From a virus: a DNA stretch of 64,000 nucleotides. The stretch's first letter is position 1. Each line of letters begins with the position of its first letter. A program made the translations under genes and the position numbers. The notes beneath the pieces are model-generated. The model had not been told where the DNA came from. It worked only from the letters and a program-made list of their open reading frames with translations, and did no database searches. The DNA is taken from positions 1 to 64,000 of the IMG/VR virus record IMGVR_UViG_3300008113_004623; one strand, given 5' to 3'. This document shows positions 60,201 through 64,000 of the stretch, piece by piece.

Positions 60201-63200
60201 CTAAAGTAGAAGGGAAGAAAACAATTAACTTAAATCCTGACGATAAATTAATCCAAGATTTTATTGGGTTCTTAAAAGACGGCTTAGTTGAGAATCTTCG
60301 GTTTGGTGCAAAATCTACTAGTTTAGGAGTACGTGTAAACGGTTCTAGAAATGAAAGATTGTTCTACGACAGAAGTCGTTTTAGCTACTCAGCTGACACT
60401 GATATAGTTAGACTAGACCCAAAGGTAATGGATACCTTTTTAGACTACTTACGTTACGAATTGAATCGTATGTTTGATGATCGTGCAGAGTCTACTGAAA
60501 AAGAGAAACGTGGATTTGATTTAATCATTTTAAAAGACATTCTGCCTAACAAGGTTCAAGAGTTTAAAGACATAATTAAAAATTCAACCCAAGATAAAGA
60601 AACTACAGTCAACAATATCATTAATCAGATTAATACTGTTAATCGAGCAGAGTTTGATACAGCAGTTACTTTATACTTTAATGAGGAAGTAAGAGCATTC
60701 CGCACCGATTTAGAAGAGATTATTGGAGAAGGAGATGCTAAGTTTGCTGAAGTTTTTGGAACAAAAGAAAACATCAATGAAGTAATAGCCGACTATGTAA
60801 CCCACTACTACACGCAACAGATTGAGTTTTTGCATTTATTTGTAGGAGATCCTTCTAACTTCCAAGTTAAAGGAGAAAACTGGCGTGAATTATTTAAACG
60901 TTTAGGTGCTTCTATTTCTCCAGGTAAACAACCTTTAATAGATTCTCAATTCTTAAATTCATTTAATAACTCACCTAATGGATATTTAGGCAGAGGACTT
61001 GAGCGTTTATACAAACAAAGTCAAAATCCTAATGCAGAAGCCCGCGTATACGATGAAAACTTTACTTACGTTCAGTATAAAGATGTAAAATCATTTACAG
61101 AAGGTCAAGCAGAAGTATATCAACGCGAGTTAATTGAAGGTTACGCTAATTGGTTATCTAGCCAAGACAAGGCTAAAAAGCCTATTGAAGCTTACAGACA
61201 AGAAGCTGCTGATATATTTAAGACTACTATAGATGGTGTTACTACTCAGAAAAAGGAAGCAGACGGTCAAGCCTATGCAACTTTAGATTTTGTAAGGTTC
61301 TATCTAAACTCTATAGGAGAATGGACACCAAAACAAGAAGCGGCCTACCAACACGAACTAAAGGTAGCCGAAAAGATCCTAGAATATAGAGCAACTCCGA
61401 CAGAAACTAAGTTAACAGAACTTAGAACTTTAATTCAAAATTCAAATGCAGGTATATTATTGTCTTTAAAGTTAGGGTACTGGGGTTCTCCAATTGATAA
61501 TCCTAATTATATTACGTTAGGTAAGTACTCGGTAGCTCCTTTGATTCCGTCAACATTATTTGAAACCGATTTAGAAGATCAAATGTCAAATATGTTAATA
61601 GGTGGGGTAGACTTTATTACTTTTGATTCTGGAAATAAAATGGCTTTGCCTGTTTCTAGCTTAGATTTTTACAAAAAAGAAGGCAAGGGCAATGAAGAGC
61701 GTCTAGTTGTTAATGATATTCCTCAAAAGAATATTGTTACTTTTCCTATAAGCGGTTTACGTAGACAGCAATATATCGCGCCTAAGTTTAAAGAAGAAGC
61801 TACTTTGTCTACACAGTTAGTAAAACTTGTATTCTCTAATTTTTATACTAATGGTGAGCTTAATGAAAACATAAGTAAAGTAGCAGGCTTACCTGAAAAG
61901 ATTGATAGATTACAAAAAGCTTTCATCAATGATTTATCAGTAATTGTAGAGAGCGAGAAAGCTAAAATCTATGCAGCTATTGGTGCAGAGTTAAAGGGTG
62001 ATAGAGTAACTAGCATTGACGCAGAAGCATTTTCTGATTGGATTAAAAAAGAATTTGACAAGAAAGATGTTCCCCAGTCTGTTTACGATTATTTAATTAT
62101 TGAAAACAATAACTTTAAGTTTTCTTTAGACGTAGCTCCTCATAGAGCTTTGTTTGAAAGTGTACTTGCTTCTGCTTTATCTAAAAGAGTATTACGTCCC
62201 AAGATGTTTGGGGAAGCACTTGTGCAGGTTTCTTCTTTAGGCTTTAATCAAGCAGGAACTCGTTTTACAAACCCTACTAGAGAACAAGTAAGGAAATACG
62301 GTAACAGTGGTCTAAGAGATTATGGTCGTATTGTAAACGGCAAACATCAGCCTGCAGATATTAAAATTGCTTTTAACTCAAAAAAGTACGGTGCTTTATT
62401 AAACTTAGATTACAAAGGTTCAAAAATTGAAACTCTTGATAGACTAAACGAAGCTTTACTAGACGATGCTTGGGTAGAACTACACTCAAATAAAATTACC
62501 TTAGTAGGTGTTCGTATTCCTGTACAGGGTTTAAACTCTATGGAACACTTTAGAGTAAGACAATTCTTACCAGAAGTTGCAGGACCAATTATTATTGTGC
62601 CTCCATCACTTGTAACTAAATCAGGATCTGACTTTGACATAGATAAATTGTTTATGTACGAGCCTGAGTTAGACTCTGAAGGTAACTTTATTGAAAGAAC
62701 TCCCGAGTTTGTTAAAAATCCTAAAGCAGTATACCAGTACATTAGAGCAAAGAAAATTTTAATTACTGAGCTAAAGTCTCTTAATACTATTTTAGAGAAC
62801 AAACGCCAAGAGTTTATCAGAAACAATGGTTCAAATACTGTAGAAGCAAAAGTATACGATAGTTTGATTGCTAGTAATGGAATGTTAATTCGTCCATTAA
62901 AGAATCGCAAGAAAGAACTAACTGATGGAGAAGAGAGCACATTGTTGGATGAAGTAACCTTAGCTACATTTTCATTAAGTAAGTTTTTAGAAACTCAAAA
63001 AGATAATCCAGAGATTAAATCTTTACAAAAAAAATTAAAAAAGACTCAGGAACTTTTGGCTTCGTTTAAAGGTTACTCTATAAAGTCTGCTAAAGCAGGT
63101 GCTTCTAATGGTTTAATTCAGACAATTAGTGAGATTTTATCTGAGCCTGCTATTATGCCGCAGTTTTTACAGCCTAACGACTCTCCTATTCTTAAACAAC

Positions 63201-64000
63201 TATCAGAAGACTATAAGAATAACTACGGAGGCGGAGGATCAACTATCACTTCTACTTCTGTATTTTCTCCAAGAACTTCTATTAAGATTTTTAGAGAGAA
63301 TGCAACTGGTAAGAAAGCACTAGGTATTGACGCAAAAACCAACGCACTACATAAACTCTATCAACAAGTAGGATTACAGTATACTAACCCTATTGCAAGA
63401 ATGTACTTATTAAAATCTAATAAGACAGCGGATGGACATATTATTTTAGGCGGCTTGTATGATGCGAACAACGAGTACTTAATCTCAGATATTATTAATG
63501 AGTTTATCAACGGACACGTAGACATTGAGAAAGAGGAGTGGATTAACTTCTTTAATGCAGATAAAAACAGAACTAGCGTAATCTTACAGATGGTGCTTAG
63601 TGGTACTCCAATTAAAGATGCTGTGTTAATTGCTAACCAACCTATTGTTCAACACTTTTTAAAATCTAATAAATTAAGCGAAACTGCTCAGTTAATCGGC
63701 ATTGAGCGAAAATTTATTAGTACTTATATTGCTGAAGGATTGAGAAAAATAGGAATGAGTTCCGTGATTGTTAGATCTGGAGGAAAATTTTCTTTACAGG
63801 GTACTATTGAAAAGATGCTTAAAGAAAACTTATTCTCTAAAGCCTTAGACAATTTATCAGAAGCTAATTTTACTCCGTCTGTTGAGAACACGAAGGCCGC
63901 TTACAATAAAATGTTTCAAGAAGCTAATTCTAAGAATCAAGGTGATTTAGCAGCCCAACTAGTATTTCTAAGCCAATACTATGTAGCTAGTGTAATGAAT
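57263..64000 (+). CDS. virion RNA polymerase polyprotein (zincin-like protease + two-barrel RNAP), truncated by the window end
   Basis: starts MICPNFSNP; in-frame HESWH (~57911-57925), DGQAY, GVRIPVQG and SGSDFDIDK (DFDID at 62630-62644). Confidence 0.88.
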   Translation, partial: MICPNFSNPSIRKDFYNLVGIVGEDFAYYLWDKNNGLPLTLQANPANLNEAIANPLFEALDEQFNGNSTKATLGVAITFSSAFQKKYVGFNRATPERQVQLINDYINKLDITLEQATQNYIKRANQINRTFKRAVSVTQEAVTREDLSKDPNSVINQIEDVTAQDRTAAYEFLKRNKIAQNIRFTNAQKVVNSGAYAQWTKHGLTLFKGSDYTDIYHESWHEFTQWYLSPIEKALLYNTVRNREGTVTIGDLEIPYYSLTNRQVEEVLAEEFRAYSIQRNRNEAVAAEPRIRNFFERMYDFLKWLFFGPEKTKKPESTFEFENVSAMFSALYEGNVDLSRRAETNIVEDSLNRSTALTLPILTDEGLQEIELSPLVGAEVISYVSYSIYKQMRDQNIGMSLLLNPEHKKNLIPQLYTAVRAELNDVLDNLEIKIEQAETSNNMAALEMLEDQYANITALVNEDEAWNRVVALHQSTTQGELFNIDADVTVSVEENIENRIDEAPAEEKTRNEVQYGDKSNVNPLELYDPYVIELIKSLPDLVNINGQVVPSTGSTLGLPKNGNFKHNKNLLQNILSGSTSYEDAIQRLIEASSVSPQLTYLIQLLPSPVSETLTLDEITLKNQFMQALSMPRVDPYSVKAIEKTEDTTVDNVITSKKVIQFNTFYISTLTQDALLEYLDNEFQISAASDFKSETDQSTIKQRSFVNKSINGLEFATFSTASVLDAYKDIDSTTSYKTLFEFMNDAFGVDLYQGISEQYLFDKRGDIIIANSPYTESQLNALTQVIVASYNKIKLYHLINNLEGKSPIINKLKNEVPSSVETPAKTYISDVKKSLVTALNTLSNNFNTLNAKDQEQFKEIVDLFTNSIKNNNNLRTERQILFRAIENYYNKVVKSASYLNDENNMEWSIREWQHVVTQASSINNARTLADLTGHLNPATNNFVGVSKLLAKAFSQETGERKLNRDEDNVLFELVNISGYSTKVEGKKTINLNPDDKLIQDFIGFLKDGLVENLRFGAKSTSLGVRVNGSRNERLFYDRSRFSYSADTDIVRLDPKVMDTFLDYLRYELNRMFDDRAESTEKEKRGFDLIILKDILPNKVQEFKDIIKNSTQDKETTVNNIINQINTVNRAEFDTAVTLYFNEEVRAFRTDLEEIIGEGDAKFAEVFGTKENINEVIADYVTHYYTQQIEFLHLFVGDPSNFQVKGENWRELFKRLGASISPGKQPLIDSQFLNSFNNSPNGYLGRGLERLYKQSQNPNAEARVYDENFTYVQYKDVKSFTEGQAEVYQRELIEGYANWLSSQDKAKKPIEAYRQEAADIFKTTIDGVTTQKKEADGQAYATLDFVRFYLNSIGEWTPKQEAAYQHELKVAEKILEYRATPTETKLTELRTLIQNSNAGILLSLKLGYWGSPIDNPNYITLGKYSVAPLIPSTLFETDLEDQMSNMLIGGVDFITFDSGNKMALPVSSLDFYKKEGKGNEERLVVNDIPQKNIVTFPISGLRRQQYIAPKFKEEATLSTQLVKLVFSNFYTNGELNENISKVAGLPEKIDRLQKAFINDLSVIVESEKAKIYAAIGAELKGDRVTSIDAEAFSDWIKKEFDKKDVPQSVYDYLIIENNNFKFSLDVAPHRALFESVLASALSKRVLRPKMFGEALVQVSSLGFNQAGTRFTNPTREQVRKYGNSGLRDYGRIVNGKHQPADIKIAFNSKKYGALLNLDYKGSKIETLDRLNEALLDDAWVELHSNKITLVGVRIPVQGLNSMEHFRVRQFLPEVAGPIIIVPPSLVTKSGSDFDIDKLFMYEPELDSEGNFIERTPEFVKNPKAVYQYIRAKKILITELKSLNTILENKRQEFIRNNGSNTVEAKVYDSLIASNGMLIRPLKNRKKELTDGEESTLLDEVTLATFSLSKFLETQKDNPEIKSLQKKLKKTQELLASFKGYSIKSAKAGASNGLIQTISEILSEPAIMPQFLQPNDSPILKQLSEDYKNNYGGGGSTITSTSVFSPRTSIKIFRENATGKKALGIDAKTNALHKLYQQVGLQYTNPIARMYLLKSNKTADGHIILGGLYDANNEYLISDIINEFINGHVDIEKEEWINFFNADKNRTSVILQMVLSGTPIKDAVLIANQPIVQHFLKSNKLSETAQLIGIERKFISTYIAEGLRKIGMSSVIVRSGGKFSLQGTIEKMLKENLFSKALDNLSEANFTPSVENTKAAYNKMFQEANSKNQGDLAAQLVFLSQYYVASVMN

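Noticed and set aside
3337-63323. Many short antisense or out-of-frame ORFs in the track (e.g. 3337..3654, 12404..12826, 62410..62940, 63129..63323)
   Set aside because: They are shadows of long plus-strand genes, with no independent promoter or motif support.
2012-64000. Stop-codon reassignment (TAG/TGA), known in some crAss-like phages
   Set aside because: Multi-kb ORFs are intact in the standard code. The TAG at 4148 is followed directly by TAA, and the broken genes change frame rather than read through.
1-64000. tRNA, rRNA, CRISPR array, integrase or transposase
   Set aside because: No cloverleaf, regularly spaced repeat array or recombinase motif was recognised by eye; tRNAscan was not run.

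Overview
This window is the virion-morphogenesis (late) arm of a crAss-like (Crassvirales-type) phage, about 35% GC, read in the standard genetic code, with a probable Bacteroidota host. The host call rests on many TTG-N19-TAnnTTTG promoters and A/C-rich leaders without Shine-Dalgarno sequences. Gene order: a short minus-strand accessory block containing an ATE1/Bpt-like aminoacyl-tRNA-protein transferase; tail fibre and receptor-binding genes; a lysis cassette; a structured non-coding island; terminase, portal, scaffold and major capsid protein; ring, auxiliary capsid and Cys-rich structural genes; a 2074-aa muzzle/tail-stabilisation protein; ejected cargo proteins with repeated [MFY]xxGG motifs and GNAT/ART-like modules; a 2382-aa protein with a PD-(D/E)XK domain; and a giant zincin + DFDID virion RNA polymerase ORF (57263 to the window end) that the ORF track missed. 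The most notable leads are: (i) a hairpin loop complementary to an AAACCAACC motif at several start codons, (ii) two promoter/terminator-bounded candidate ncRNAs, (iii) the phage-encoded N-degron-type transferase, (iv) modular injected effectors, and (v) three frame-breaking junctions in structural genes. All family assignments are from motif recognition by eye; no database searches were run.
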